A DNA stretch of 64,000 nt from a virus: the IMG/VR virus record IMGVR_UViG_3300006037_000005, positions 1-64,000 of that record; one strand, 5' to 3'. The notes below the pieces were generated by a model, which worked only from the letters and a program-made list of their open reading frames with translations, was not told the DNA's origin and did not search any database. Below are positions 10,802 through 21,076 of this stretch, one piece after another. Numbering within the stretch: the stretch's first letter is position 1; every line of letters begins with the position of its first letter. Both the position numbers and the translations under genes were made by a program.

Positions 10802-10830
10802 AAAAAAGGCTACCAATGGTAGCCTTTTTT
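10802..10830. terminator. Bidirectional intrinsic terminator
   Basis: AAAAAAGGCTACCA-A-TGGTAGCCTTTTTT between convergent genes. Confidence 0.85.
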
Positions 10831-10833
10831 GTT

Positions 10834-11283
10834 TTAATCCTCTGTGTCAACAAGTTTGATACTTGTAGTATCAATATCTTTCAAGGCTTTTTCGTTACCT
10901 AGAACATTTAGATGTTCCTTTAAATTTATGAGACAATCTATTTTACCTAAAACAAGACCTCTTTTATAATCAAAATCTTCAGACTGTGTTGATGGATCAA
11001 TTTTATCGAGTTCCATTAATTCCATTCTATATTCACCAATGAATTTGTTTGAGGATATCGATGTTTTTTGATCGATGTAGTTTATAATGTTCGCAATCTC
11101 TATTTGGCTATCTAATAATTTTGATTCTATAAAAAGAATTTCGGAGAATTCACCATCCATTTTACCAGACAAGAATTGTTTCTCTCTGTTGTTGGATTCT
11201 GATTCATTCAAATTTGATCTTCTTGTTTGAATATCTTTTGTAAATTCCCTTAGTTTTCCAAATATACTATCTCTTTCTAACAT
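10834..11283 (-). CDS. Hypothetical protein
   Basis: 149-aa ORF with an N-terminal NLNES motif. Confidence 0.55.
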   Translation of the reverse strand: MLERDSIFGKLREFTKDIQTRRSNLNESESNNREKQFLSGKMDGEFSEILFIESKLLDSQIEIANIINYIDQKTSISSNKFIGEYRMELMELDKIDPSTQSEDFDYKRGLVLGKIDCLINLKEHLNVLGNEKALKDIDTTSIKLVDTED

Positions 11284-11369
11284 GTTTTTCTTTTTTATAG
11301 TTTATATACTAATGATATTGAAGTTTCGCAATATATAAAAAAAAGAAATTAAATTAAATTATATTAAAT

Positions 11370-11786
11370 ATGGCTCAAGAGGAAATACTTGAAAAAATTC
11401 TGAAAAATATTGTATTTACACCATCTGATATAAAAGATTTTACAATAAATCTATCTAAAATTATAACAGATACGGGCTTGGATATAGGAAATTACAAAAA
11501 TTCCGACAAACTTTCTTGGGATGTTGCTAAATCTCTTCTCTCTAAACACAAACTTGATATACAATACAAGAACGATATTAAAAATGAGATCAAAACAAAA
11601 ATCATGACTGAAAATATAGATGATACTATATTGAAATCTATCATTGAAGATGAATTCATGTCTAAAAATGAGAAAATAAAAAAACTTTTAGACAATGGTA
11701 TGTCAATATCTGCTATATCGAAATCTCTTGAAATAGGATATCAAAGAACAAAAAATGTTTTCAAAAAATATATTAAAAATGACTAA
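11370..11786 (+). CDS. Putative DNA-binding protein with C-terminal helix-turn-helix
   Basis: KIKKLLDNGMSISAISKSLEIGYQRTKNV fits an HTH pattern. Confidence 0.55.
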   Translation: MAQEEILEKILKNIVFTPSDIKDFTINLSKIITDTGLDIGNYKNSDKLSWDVAKSLLSKHKLDIQYKNDIKNEIKTKIMTENIDDTILKSIIEDEFMSKNEKIKKLLDNGMSISAISKSLEIGYQRTKNVFKKYIKND

Positions 11787-12705
11787 TATGGTAGACAAAC
11801 TTTACATAGGTATAGATATTTCTTTAAACTCAACTGGTATTTGTTTTAATTATAAAGGTAATACTGAATTTATATCAGTTTCATCAAAACTCTGCTATAC
11901 AACTTCAAAAAAGAAGACAACAGAAGAAATAATAAAAGGTTCAGATATTCTAAATTCTCTTTCGAATTCTTCCGATGTTACACTTGTAGTAGTAAGCAGA
12001 GATAAAACCACAAAATCAGATGATTTCATGTGCAACCAAAGAGATCAACTTGAAAAATCTGTATTATCAGCGGATATAATCTTTGCTTCAATACAAAAAT
12101 TGTTTCTTGAGAAATATTCAGAAATAAATAGAAAGGATATTGTTGTCGGCATAGAATCTTATTCCTATGGTAGCATAGGTGACCAACTTGTACAGATCGT
12201 GGAATTATCAACTCTAATAAAATATAAAGTCATCAAATATCTTTTGAATGATAATTATGAAAATTTTTATAGTATACCTGGACCAAGAATAAAATCTTTT
12301 GCTGGTGGTGGTAATTTCGATAAATACCAAATGTATAAATCTTATCTTGAAAATACATCAAACAAAAAATCAGAATTTTTTACATTTCTTTTGGAAAATG
12401 AACTTCTTCTAACAGAATCGTCAATAAAACCTTTAAAGAGTAGCATGACAATTTCAACAAACGAAAATCTGTATTACAATTCTGGAACGGTTTTAAATGA
12501 AATTACAGTTATTGGTATTAATGATAAACCAAAGAAAACAGAGAAGAAATTCACAATTTCTGAAAAAGGAAAAATTTGGTATGCCAACAAACCAGAACTT
12601 GTTGCTATGAAATTGAAGAAAAAAATTACACTTATGAAAACACCAATATCTGATTTGGTTGATGCATATTGGATATCAAAATGTGTTGAATCTATAATAA
12701 AATAA
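11755..12705 (+). CDS. RuvC-like Holliday junction resolvase
   Basis: YIGIDISLNSTG, VGIESYSYGS, IKSFAGG.GNFDKYQM, SDLVDAYWI catalytic motifs; true start is probably ATG at 11779 or 11788. Confidence 0.8.
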   Translation: MFSKNILKMTNMVDKLYIGIDISLNSTGICFNYKGNTEFISVSSKLCYTTSKKKTTEEIIKGSDILNSLSNSSDVTLVVVSRDKTTKSDDFMCNQRDQLEKSVLSADIIFASIQKLFLEKYSEINRKDIVVGIESYSYGSIGDQLVQIVELSTLIKYKVIKYLLNDNYENFYSIPGPRIKSFAGGGNFDKYQMYKSYLENTSNKKSEFFTFLLENELLLTESSIKPLKSSMTISTNENLYYNSGTVLNEITVIGINDKPKKTEKKFTISEKGKIWYANKPELVAMKLKKKITLMKTPISDLVDAYWISKCVESIIK

Positions 12706-12707
12706 TA

Positions 12708-12741
12708 TTTTGGTGGATTCTAAGGATAGAATCCACCAAAA
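12708..12741. terminator. Inverted repeat / terminator between convergent genes
   Basis: TTTTGGTGGATTCTA-AGGA-TAGAATCCACCAAAA. Confidence 0.7.
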
Positions 12742-13085
12742 CTAATCCCATTTACCAATGACTTTCACATTTTTAGAATTCAATATCATATTTTTACCAC
12801 TATCTAAATAAACCATCATTTTGCCATAATCTGGTTTATCTTCATTTTTAGTTTTGCCCTTGCCGTAATTTGTTTCAACGATTTTTCCTGCCATAAAATT
12901 TTTATATTGGATTAATAACAGAGTTTCCAAGATGTAAATCAATATACCCCGTATGATATTGATCGGCAGAATTATACTCGAATTCTCTCCAATATTTTAT
13001 TTTTTCTTCATCTGCCATACCAACAGATTCAACACCACATATATCATAGAAATCCATTTTTACGATTTCCTCGTCTGTCATGATT

Positions 13086-13514
13086 TTATTCATAATTTTT
13101 AGATTCTTTTTTCATCAAAGATTCAGTTTTCTTTAACTCATCTATTAATCCTTGTGGATCTATTTTTGATAAAAATCCCATATCATTTTCATCAAAATCC
13201 TTATCATAGATAAACCTTTTTAAAACATCTTTATTTTCAAGGGCTTTATCGGAATTTTCCTTCTTGGGTTTTGCTGTCTTGGTATAAATCCATGGTGGAA
13301 TATTCCCGTTGTAAAGTTTTACCATCATAACATTCCAATATTTTGCAATGGCAACTTCATCAGCACCAATTTCTGACATCAAACAAGCCTGTATTGGATA
13401 TTTAATCGACATGAATCTGAGTGTCATGAAAGAATGTTTTTTAATAATATTGTTTGGAACATTTTCTAAACCATCTCTTTTGAATAACAATTTTACGTAG
13501 TCTATTAAATCCAT
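13086..13514 (-). CDS. Putative clamp loader small subunit (gp62-like)
   Basis: FMTLRFMS..YP...W.YTK pattern recalls gp62; lies near a gp44-like gene. Confidence 0.45.
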   Translation of the reverse strand: MDLIDYVKLLFKRDGLENVPNNIIKKHSFMTLRFMSIKYPIQACLMSEIGADEVAIAKYWNVMMVKLYNGNIPPWIYTKTAKPKKENSDKALENKDVLKRFIYDKDFDENDMGFLSKIDPQGLIDELKKTESLMKKESKNYE

Positions 13515-13516
13515 TA

Positions 13517-14638
13517 TTATATTGTTCTGTTATAATTGTCAGTACTATTGATATAACTTTTATATTCAAATTCAGTTCCTATGAAATAATCTGAAAAATT
13601 TTTAATATTAAAATTATGGTTGGTTTTGTGGTTAACTATCCTATTGAAACATTCTGTAATTTGAAAATCTGTCAGATATCTGTCATAAACACTCCTGTTG
13701 AGCCATATCAAATCCATATTTCTTATTATATTTTTTGATATGTCTTTCTTATTTGAAATATCTGTTTTCGTTAAATTCGTTATGGATTCGGCTATTTTTA
13801 ATCTAAAATCTGAATCCAAATATAAATCTGTAACAAATTTAGAATCAATTTTACCAAATTCTCCTAACAATTGTTTTGCTCTCAGATCTGTAAAGGATAT
13901 CATGGTTTTACCTTTTTGGTAATGATAGCATGATGGTATATTGTCAGATTTTTTATCACCACTCAATATTTTTATCATGAGTGCTTCTTTCGGATTTATG
14001 AATTTTGAATCTGAATTGATAGTAGACACTATGCCATTAAAATTGAGACCACCAAGCAAATCTGAAGCATTCATATCAAATAAAGATTCAGTTATATCAA
14101 ATGATTCTGTCTTATCTTTAATTGGACTTTCACCAAAATAAAGTTTTGTGAAAGGATCATAACAGACTATAAAAGAATCATCGGTGTTTATTATATTCTG
14201 TCTCAAATCAGAATCACCGCTCATAATGATGAGGTTTCTTTTCTGATTGGCTTTTATGACAGATATGAAATAGATCAAATCATCACCTTCTAAATCCTTG
14301 TATGATATCGGATTCAAAATATCCCTTGTGATATCACCAAAATTAACCATGCATTTTTCTAGATCAGAATATCTGAAAACCTTATCTTTTTGTCTATTTC
14401 CTTTATATTCACCATATAAAGATTTTCTAAAAGAAATACCAGAATCAAAAACAAAATAAACTTCACCAATAGATCCTTTGAATCTTTGGAAAGTGTTAGA
14501 TAGCATATGTATAGTAGCATAAATTAAAAATCTTTTATCTTCCTCTGATTCAAGGAAGATAAAAGATTTGCTACTGTTTGATTGTGCATATGCGAATCTA
14601 TTGAAAATGTAATTACCATCTATGACAATATCAACCAT
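13517..14638 (-). CDS. rnh: RNase H / 5'-3' flap exonuclease (T4 rnh-like)
   Basis: IVIDGN, FVFDS, YKGNR, EGDDLI, SGDSDL, KILSGD..DNIP motifs. Confidence 0.9.
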   Translation of the reverse strand: MVDIVIDGNYIFNRFAYAQSNSSKSFIFLESEEDKRFLIYATIHMLSNTFQRFKGSIGEVYFVFDSGISFRKSLYGEYKGNRQKDKVFRYSDLEKCMVNFGDITRDILNPISYKDLEGDDLIYFISVIKANQKRNLIIMSGDSDLRQNIINTDDSFIVCYDPFTKLYFGESPIKDKTESFDITESLFDMNASDLLGGLNFNGIVSTINSDSKFINPKEALMIKILSGDKKSDNIPSCYHYQKGKTMISFTDLRAKQLLGEFGKIDSKFVTDLYLDSDFRLKIAESITNLTKTDISNKKDISKNIIRNMDLIWLNRSVYDRYLTDFQITECFNRIVNHKTNHNFNIKNFSDYFIGTEFEYKSYINSTDNYNRTI

Positions 14639-14910
14639 CAGCGATCCGTATTAATTTTAACAGAAGTTCCAATATTGTGCAAAAATAATTTCGGTTCAGA
14701 ACCTTCTTCTATCAATTTGGTTTCACCATTTCCAAATTTTACGACAGTCAAATATTTGGTACTCATAGTGCTATTATCAAAAACAACATAATGTGATTCT
14801 ACTATACCAGTTCTATATTCTACTGATTTTTCATTATCATTAGATTGGTATACCATAATAGACAATATTACTATCATCATACAAGCAGGTACTATTAGGG
14901 CTTTCATCAT
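14638..14910 (-). CDS. Small membrane-anchored hypothetical protein
   Basis: N-terminal hydrophobic segment. Confidence 0.55.
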   Translation of the reverse strand: MMKALIVPACMMIVILSIMVYQSNDNEKSVEYRTGIVESHYVVFDNSTMSTKYLTVVKFGNGETKLIEEGSEPKLFLHNIGTSVKINTDR

Positions 14911-15872
14911 TTTTGATTATTTTTGAGCATTATATTTATTTCAAAAAGACAAGCCTTCATGACAAGTGCATTATCGACTCTTGGTAGCATTGAAAGGTAC
15001 TTTGCTATCAGTATGGTTATGTTCGGTACGATATTCATATGATTTTTGTGATTCTTAATTATGAAGGTACAGAAATCTTGACCAATTGAATTTAAAACAT
15101 CCAAAGATTTCATTCCATACTCTCCAATCAAAACTGTGTGTAATTGCTCAGAAGTTGTACTTGGATCTATCATGATTTTGTATAAATCCATGAAGTTATA
15201 GGTTGCAATGTCTAGATCTTCCTTGGTTGGATTTACAGTTCCATTTTCATAAAGTTGTTGAAAAATTTGAAGAGGCTTCCTGAAATCTGGGTAGTTCTCT
15301 CTCATTATGATATTAAAGAGATCCTCCTGTATGGAAAGTTTCATCTGACTTAAACTAGATATTTTTTTAAATCTAGTACAATATAACTCATATAATTCAG
15401 CATCTTCATCAGAAGAGATTGGATCAAAATTTATGACTTTGAATCTTGATTTCAAAGGATCTGGTATCTTGCTAATATAATTCAGAGTTGCAACAAATCT
15501 GACATTCGTATCTTCGAATTCATCCATAAAACCCCTTAATCCATCAAAGAAAGATTCTGATGCTTTATCAAGTTCCTCTAGCTGAATTACCTTGTATGTA
15601 GTATCCTTCTCAAATTCCAATCTAACAGTGGAGCAAAATTCCAAGATATCGTTTCTAAGAGCATCTATTCTACCATCGATGGAAGCATTGATTTTCATTG
15701 AAACATATTTGTTCCCATATATTCTGCTAACGGTTGATTTGCCCATACCAGGCCTACCATGGAGAAGAACATGTTTTGTTGGTGCTTCCCCTATATCAGA
15801 TTTCAATCTTTTTGTTAGAACCAAATCGGATATCTTTTTTGGTTCAAATGTTTTTGTGAATAATGCTTTCAT
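14907..15872 (-). CDS. Clamp loader AAA+ subunit (gp44/RFC-like)
   Basis: HGRPGMGKS Walker A, INAS, LEELD Walker B, PLKSRF sensor, YPDFR. Confidence 0.9.
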   Translation of the reverse strand: MKALFTKTFEPKKISDLVLTKRLKSDIGEAPTKHVLLHGRPGMGKSTVSRIYGNKYVSMKINASIDGRIDALRNDILEFCSTVRLEFEKDTTYKVIQLEELDKASESFFDGLRGFMDEFEDTNVRFVATLNYISKIPDPLKSRFKVINFDPISSDEDAELYELYCTRFKKISSLSQMKLSIQEDLFNIIMRENYPDFRKPLQIFQQLYENGTVNPTKEDLDIATYNFMDLYKIMIDPSTTSEQLHTVLIGEYGMKSLDVLNSIGQDFCTFIIKNHKNHMNIVPNITILIAKYLSMLPRVDNALVMKACLFEINIMLKNNQK

Positions 15873-15873
15873 T

Positions 15874-16473
15874 TTATGATAGTGAACACTGTGTTAAATC
15901 ATTAACTTCGATTTTGTAATATTCTCTTAAAATATACACCAATTTATAGTGCAGTTTCACGAATTCACGATATGCAGTATTTTCATCCATTATAGAAACA
16001 GAATGGTTGGTATTTAACATGGCTGTCATTTCATCTTGGGCGAGATTTTTATCCATAATCTTGATCTCTCTAGGGAAAGGGTACTCAAAACCATAGTGTC
16101 TTGCTATTGTTTCCTCTAGCTTATTTTCGTGGATCTTCAAACTTTCACCTAATATGGCTTTAACTGGACCAGGTATATCACCGAAACCCATAGCTTCTGT
16201 AAAACTTTCATGGTGCAAAAAAATGTATGCCAAATATGGTTTACCAGTAAGCATAAAAGCTTCTGCCCCACGAATACAATGCTGTGCAACCGACATTGGT
16301 GAATTCCCACAATATCTTTTCAATCTAGACAATGCTGTTGCTATTTTCTCTGGTGTAATATATGAAAATTCCTTGAAATCAAGAAGATTCACAACAACAC
16401 CATCTTGTGCAACTGATGCACCTTTTATATTAGCTTTTTCAGTTTCGGACTGATAACCTTTTAGAATATCCAT
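15874..16473 (-). CDS. HD-superfamily 5'-deoxynucleotidase-like phosphohydrolase
   Basis: ALSRLKRYCG, SVAQH, LHHE..EA, GDIPGPVK, IK.MD motifs of the YfbR/YfdR-like family. Confidence 0.75.
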   Translation of the reverse strand: MDILKGYQSETEKANIKGASVAQDGVVVNLLDFKEFSYITPEKIATALSRLKRYCGNSPMSVAQHCIRGAEAFMLTGKPYLAYIFLHHESFTEAMGFGDIPGPVKAILGESLKIHENKLEETIARHYGFEYPFPREIKIMDKNLAQDEMTAMLNTNHSVSIMDENTAYREFVKLHYKLVYILREYYKIEVNDLTQCSLS

Positions 16474-16571
16474 TTGTTAAATATTTCTATTGGTAGATAG
16501 GTTTCAATATATATAAGCATTAATATTTTAGAATTTAATAAATACTAAAAATAATTAAGTTTAATTTATTA

Positions 16572-18620
16572 ATGGCTAACGAGATTAAAGAATCGCTAAA
16601 ATTTTTTGACAGATCATTATCAAACATGGTTGTTGAATCAATAACCAATGTTGGTAAGGACAAGGTTTATCGTTTGCGTGGTATGTGTGCCGATTTCAGC
16701 GGAGAACTTAATGAAAACGGTAGATATTATGTTCCAGAAAATTATCTTCCTTTAGTAGAAAATTTGCAACCATTAATACAAAAGAATAAACTTGTTGGTG
16801 AAACAGAGCATCCAAAATCTGATGAAGAATATGATCTTGATCTGAAAAAGGAACTTTCTCACATCATAACTAAACTTTGGTATGATGAAGTTAAAAAACA
16901 GGTTTGGATAGAAGTTGAATTGTTGCCAACACAATCTGGTAAGAACATAATGACTTATGTTGATAGAGGAATTCCGATTTCCATATCATCAAGAGCAGAG
17001 GGTTTTGTTGGTAAAGATGGGAAAACGATACTTGATAGAATTATAACTTTTGATATAGTATGGGAACCAGGTTTCAAAGATGCAAAACTTGAAATCATCT
17101 GTGAACACCTTACTAAAAAGAATCAATTAACAATCTGCAGAGAAAAAAATAATATGGAAAATAATAAAACACCATTGCAAATCCTTGAAGAAAAATTCAC
17201 AAATCAGTTACAAGAAATAAAAAGTCAAGTATCTGAAATGAAAATGACTTCTATTAAACATACCAAAAATTTAGCTGAAGTTAAAACTGCTATAAACTCT
17301 ACCCAAAAGAAAATTAGCAAAATATCCAAATTCAGAAAAATATCAGAAGGTCTTGAAAAAATAGAAATTCTGAAAAATTCTGAAGGTAAAGAAATTTCTT
17401 TCTTTGAAGATAAGCTTTCAGTTAATGATGTTTTCTCTATAGATGGAGTTAACTATATCATAAGAGAAGTCGAAGATGCAAAGGAAGAAGACAATAATGG
17501 TACAGATGAACCTATTGTTTACAGATACAAAACTAATGATGGTGAAAATGATGTAGTATTTTTATCAAATGCAAAAGGTGAAGTTTTCAAAACTGATGGA
17601 GAAACTGTCGAAAAAGAGGAAGAAAAAGAAGGCATAACTGAAGCCTTGGAATCAAATCCAATTTTTGCTAAACTGTTTGCTCACATAGATTCTGTTACGG
17701 AATCTCACAATAAAATGGTTGATGAAGTTAATGGTCAATCAGAGAAAATACAAGGTATTCTTGACTATTGTAACCACCAAGATGAAATTCTATCTTCATT
17801 GTCTGATGATACTGAATCTTTATCAGATGTCGTTAACAAATTGGTTGGTCATATAGAGAATGATATAAGAGAGTTTATCAATGAATTGGCTGATCAAAAC
17901 GATCAGATTGTTGATTTTGTTAATGATTTAGCCGACAAATCTGATGAAATAGTTGATTTTAACAATGATCTAGCTGATGATGCTGACAAGAAAACAGATT
18001 TTGTTAATGATATAGCAGAATATCTAGACAAGGGTACAGAAGAAATTAATCCAATCCTTGGCAAAAAGGAAGAAATAAAAGAAAATAAAGAGAATATTTT
18101 ATCTCTTACAAAGAAATTTAGTGACAAAATTGCAAATATTGGAGAATCAGTTAAAAAACAGAGAGCTGATAGAGAAGAGATTTCAATTGCCACTAAATAC
18201 GCAACCTATGATTCAATGGGTGAAGAATTGAAATCAAGATTTAAAAGCCTTGGCGGTGATCAAAGATCACTTGTTAATGAAAGTATTTCTAAATTAAGAT
18301 TCATCACACCAGAAAAAATCGAGGAAATATTTGTTGATGCGGAAAAATCACAAAAGAACACGAAATTCTTGGTTGGAGTTTCAGAATCTCATAGAAAGAT
18401 ATGGGAATCTTTAGATCCAAACAGTAAAAGAAATATAGTTTCTTTGGTTTCATTGAGGAATATTAACAATGATGCTGAAATAGAGACTATTATTGAACAA
18501 TACAACACAGGTGGTTCAAGAATTTCAGAATCTTTCAATGGTGTAAATAACAACCAAGCAGAGGATTTTGATGGCCTAGGATATACTGATGCTGATATTG
18601 ATCGTGCTTTGGGGTTATAA
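16572..18620 (+). CDS. Prohead protease (gp21-like) fused to scaffold (gp22-like)
   Basis: NENGRYY, GETEHP, SHII, ISSRAEG, TFDIVWEPGF protease motifs in the first ~180 aa, then ~500 acidic coiled-coil residues. Confidence 0.9.
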   Translation: MANEIKESLKFFDRSLSNMVVESITNVGKDKVYRLRGMCADFSGELNENGRYYVPENYLPLVENLQPLIQKNKLVGETEHPKSDEEYDLDLKKELSHIITKLWYDEVKKQVWIEVELLPTQSGKNIMTYVDRGIPISISSRAEGFVGKDGKTILDRIITFDIVWEPGFKDAKLEIICEHLTKKNQLTICREKNNMENNKTPLQILEEKFTNQLQEIKSQVSEMKMTSIKHTKNLAEVKTAINSTQKKISKISKFRKISEGLEKIEILKNSEGKEISFFEDKLSVNDVFSIDGVNYIIREVEDAKEEDNNGTDEPIVYRYKTNDGENDVVFLSNAKGEVFKTDGETVEKEEEKEGITEALESNPIFAKLFAHIDSVTESHNKMVDEVNGQSEKIQGILDYCNHQDEILSSLSDDTESLSDVVNKLVGHIENDIREFINELADQNDQIVDFVNDLADKSDEIVDFNNDLADDADKKTDFVNDIAEYLDKGTEEINPILGKKEEIKENKENILSLTKKFSDKIANIGESVKKQRADREEISIATKYATYDSMGEELKSRFKSLGGDQRSLVNESISKLRFITPEKIEEIFVDAEKSQKNTKFLVGVSESHRKIWESLDPNSKRNIVSLVSLRNINNDAEIETIIEQYNTGGSRISESFNGVNNNQAEDFDGLGYTDADIDRALGL

Positions 18621-18672
18621 AAAAACAACAAATAAATAAATTTTAAATTCAACAAATCGAAAAAAGACAAAA

Positions 18673-20364
18673 ATGGCTAAAAATTTAGTTACGGAAAAAT
18701 TGGTCGAGAAATGGTCTGATAAGATCAGAAAAGTTCTCGATAGCGAATCGAAATTCAAAAGGATTTCAGAATCAAAATTGAGTAAAATCGCAGAAATGTG
18801 TAATACTCGTATGTTAAGTACAAGGGTACAAGAAAGTTCTGGTGCTTACGGAATGGCACAAGTTGGTGGTATCCCAGGTAAAGGTGCTTTTGCTTTTGGT
18901 AACAATCCATCTGCAGGCAGTGCAGGATTTTATTCTACAAAAGGATCTGGCGAAGCAATGGGCAATTTGTTCGGTGTATTCATCGAAGTTGTTGCAAATA
19001 CAATCGGTTTCGATCTATTGCCTATGGTCCCTATGACCAAATCTTCTGGAACAATCTATATTGCTGAGCCAATCTACGCTGATGGTAAGATGGATTCTTC
19101 TACTAATAAACCACTTGTTATCCAAGTAGCTGGTACTGCAGTTGGTACTGCACCAAACCTAGTAAATGGTACTGCATATGACCTAGTTAATACTGCTGGT
19201 GCACAAATCGCTTCAGTTACTTTTGTCGGTAAAGAAAGATTAAGAGGAAATCTTGTATTCAGAATTGGTGCAGTAGATCCAGCTTATTCTACTGCTACAA
19301 CGCCAGATTTGTTTGATACAGCAGTTAATGGTTCACGTATTGGTACTTTTACTAATGCTATGACATTTACTGCCGCTTCGGTTGATTATGTTGCTGGTTT
19401 CACTAACTTTATCGCTGGATATTCTGGAGCAGGTTTAAATGACGCTGATGCTTGGACATTAAACAGAGGTAATGGTGCACAATATGGTAAGGCAATGTCA
19501 AGACAAACTGGTGAAGGTACTTACTACCGTTCTTTGGGTGTAAAAAACTGGTCTAGAAATTACTCTGCTGAAACGGTTCATGTTGATATCGAGTATACTA
19601 CCGAACAAATCCAAGATATGAAAATGGATATGGGAGAGGATGCTATTGCGTTTGGTGATTCAATTTTGCAAAACGAATTAACTCAACATATCAACGAACA
19701 CATTCTTGGTAGAATTTTCGCACTGGGATGGCAGAACCATTATGACATGTATAAAGCTAATGGCTTTAATTTGAATACTCTATTAGATGTAAATACTAAT
19801 ACTGGTGCTTCTAAATCTTATTTGGGTGCTTCTGATTCATTGCTTACAATTCCTGGACAAGGTGGTGTGTTACCATCTACTGGTGCAATCTCTGAAAATT
19901 TAAGTACTATACAGAGAAGGATCATAACTCGTATGATGTATGCTTCTGGTGTGATCAACAACAGATCAAGAAGAGGTCGTGGTGATAAGGCAGTTATGAA
20001 CACACACTTCGCTTCAGCAGTAAAAGATGTTAGAGGTTATTCATATGCCCCATTCCCCAATGATTTGAATGATGGTAATTTGGCTCATATTGGTAGTTTA
20101 TACAATATTGATATTTATGAAGATCCTATGATGGATTTGAATGATGGCAGATTATCAGTATTCAGAAAAGGTAATGAAAAAGATCCAGGTGCTAAATTCT
20201 GTCCTTTCATACTTGCTGAAAAAATTGATACTATTGCTGAATTAACAATGGCCCCTAAATCAGCATTGAAATCAAGATATTCAATCGTTGAGGCTGGTAG
20301 TCAACCACAATTGAATTATTTGACAATGGAGATCCAAGAAGCTAATGGCTATTCAGTTGTTTAA
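18673..20364 (+). CDS. Major capsid protein (gp23-like)
   Basis: Follows the protease; LVEKW N-terminus, IGFDLLPMVPM, EQIQDMK, NELTQHINEHI, FCPFI, MAPK..LKSRY. Confidence 0.93.
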   Translation: MAKNLVTEKLVEKWSDKIRKVLDSESKFKRISESKLSKIAEMCNTRMLSTRVQESSGAYGMAQVGGIPGKGAFAFGNNPSAGSAGFYSTKGSGEAMGNLFGVFIEVVANTIGFDLLPMVPMTKSSGTIYIAEPIYADGKMDSSTNKPLVIQVAGTAVGTAPNLVNGTAYDLVNTAGAQIASVTFVGKERLRGNLVFRIGAVDPAYSTATTPDLFDTAVNGSRIGTFTNAMTFTAASVDYVAGFTNFIAGYSGAGLNDADAWTLNRGNGAQYGKAMSRQTGEGTYYRSLGVKNWSRNYSAETVHVDIEYTTEQIQDMKMDMGEDAIAFGDSILQNELTQHINEHILGRIFALGWQNHYDMYKANGFNLNTLLDVNTNTGASKSYLGASDSLLTIPGQGGVLPSTGAISENLSTIQRRIITRMMYASGVINNRSRRGRGDKAVMNTHFASAVKDVRGYSYAPFPNDLNDGNLAHIGSLYNIDIYEDPMMDLNDGRLSVFRKGNEKDPGAKFCPFILAEKIDTIAELTMAPKSALKSRYSIVEAGSQPQLNYLTMEIQEANGYSVV

Positions 20365-20387
20365 TAGAAATTTATAATAAACCTTAT

Positions 20388-20417
20388 AAAAAGGCTAACC
20401 AATTGGTTAGCCTTTTT
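20388..20417. terminator. Intrinsic terminator after capsid gene (perfect palindrome)
   Basis: AAAAAGGCTAACCAATTGGTTAGCCTTTTT. Confidence 0.85.
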
Positions 20418-20463
20418 TGTTTTTTATAAAAGATCAGATAGAACTATAATAAATCCAAAAATT

Positions 20464-21072
20464 ATGAAAATCTCAATTATATTTCTGTTTCTGCTATGTG
20501 CACAAACTTTAGCACAACAATCGGATACAATTTTTTCAACCAAGATTTTGAAATGTATATATGATACAAAATTGAAATATCCAAGATTTATTCAATACAA
20601 ACTATATAAAGGTGGTGGTGATTGTGATAGATCCAAATTTAGATTCTTGTCTTGTGATTGGACTGCTTCAAATTCTGATTATATTAATTCTGGTTATGAT
20701 AGAGGACATTTGGCTAATGCTGAGGATTTTGCTTCTGACTGTGGAAAAGAATCTCTAACTTTCTGGTATTATAATGTTGTACCACAGACACACATTTTCA
20801 ATGCTGGCATATTTAAAAAACATGAAACTTTGGTAAGGTATGATTCACAAAATGATTCACTTTTAATAATCTATATAAATACACCTTCGGAAGATATCAT
20901 AGGTAGAGGTGTTCATAAAATAAAAAATACTTATAAAATCGTGCAGTCGCTTTCCACAAAGAAAATTTTATATTGTATAAGATTCACAGATGAACCAAAT
21001 CCAAAACAAGAAGATTGCGACATCGGAACTATCACTAAAGAATCTGGAGTTGGATTTGATATTAAAAGATAA
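20464..21072 (+). CDS. DNA/RNA non-specific endonuclease (NucA-type) with signal peptide
   Basis: DYINSGYDRGHLA catalytic motif, N.VPQ...FNAG; N-terminal MKISIIFLFLLCAQTLA. Confidence 0.88.
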   Translation: MKISIIFLFLLCAQTLAQQSDTIFSTKILKCIYDTKLKYPRFIQYKLYKGGGDCDRSKFRFLSCDWTASNSDYINSGYDRGHLANAEDFASDCGKESLTFWYYNVVPQTHIFNAGIFKKHETLVRYDSQNDSLLIIYINTPSEDIIGRGVHKIKNTYKIVQSLSTKKILYCIRFTDEPNPKQEDCDIGTITKESGVGFDIKR

Positions 21073-21076
21073 TAAT

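Noticed and set aside
11755-12705. TnpB/Cas12-like RuvC nuclease
   Set aside because: The first catalytic Asp is at the extreme N-terminus as in resolvases; no zinc finger, IS ends or associated RNA were seen.
4743-16473. Z-genome (PurZ/DatZ/MazZ) pathway suggested by the HD and MazG-like genes
   Set aside because: No PurZ/adenylosuccinate synthetase homolog is in the window, the genes are not adjacent, and both families are common in ordinary phages.
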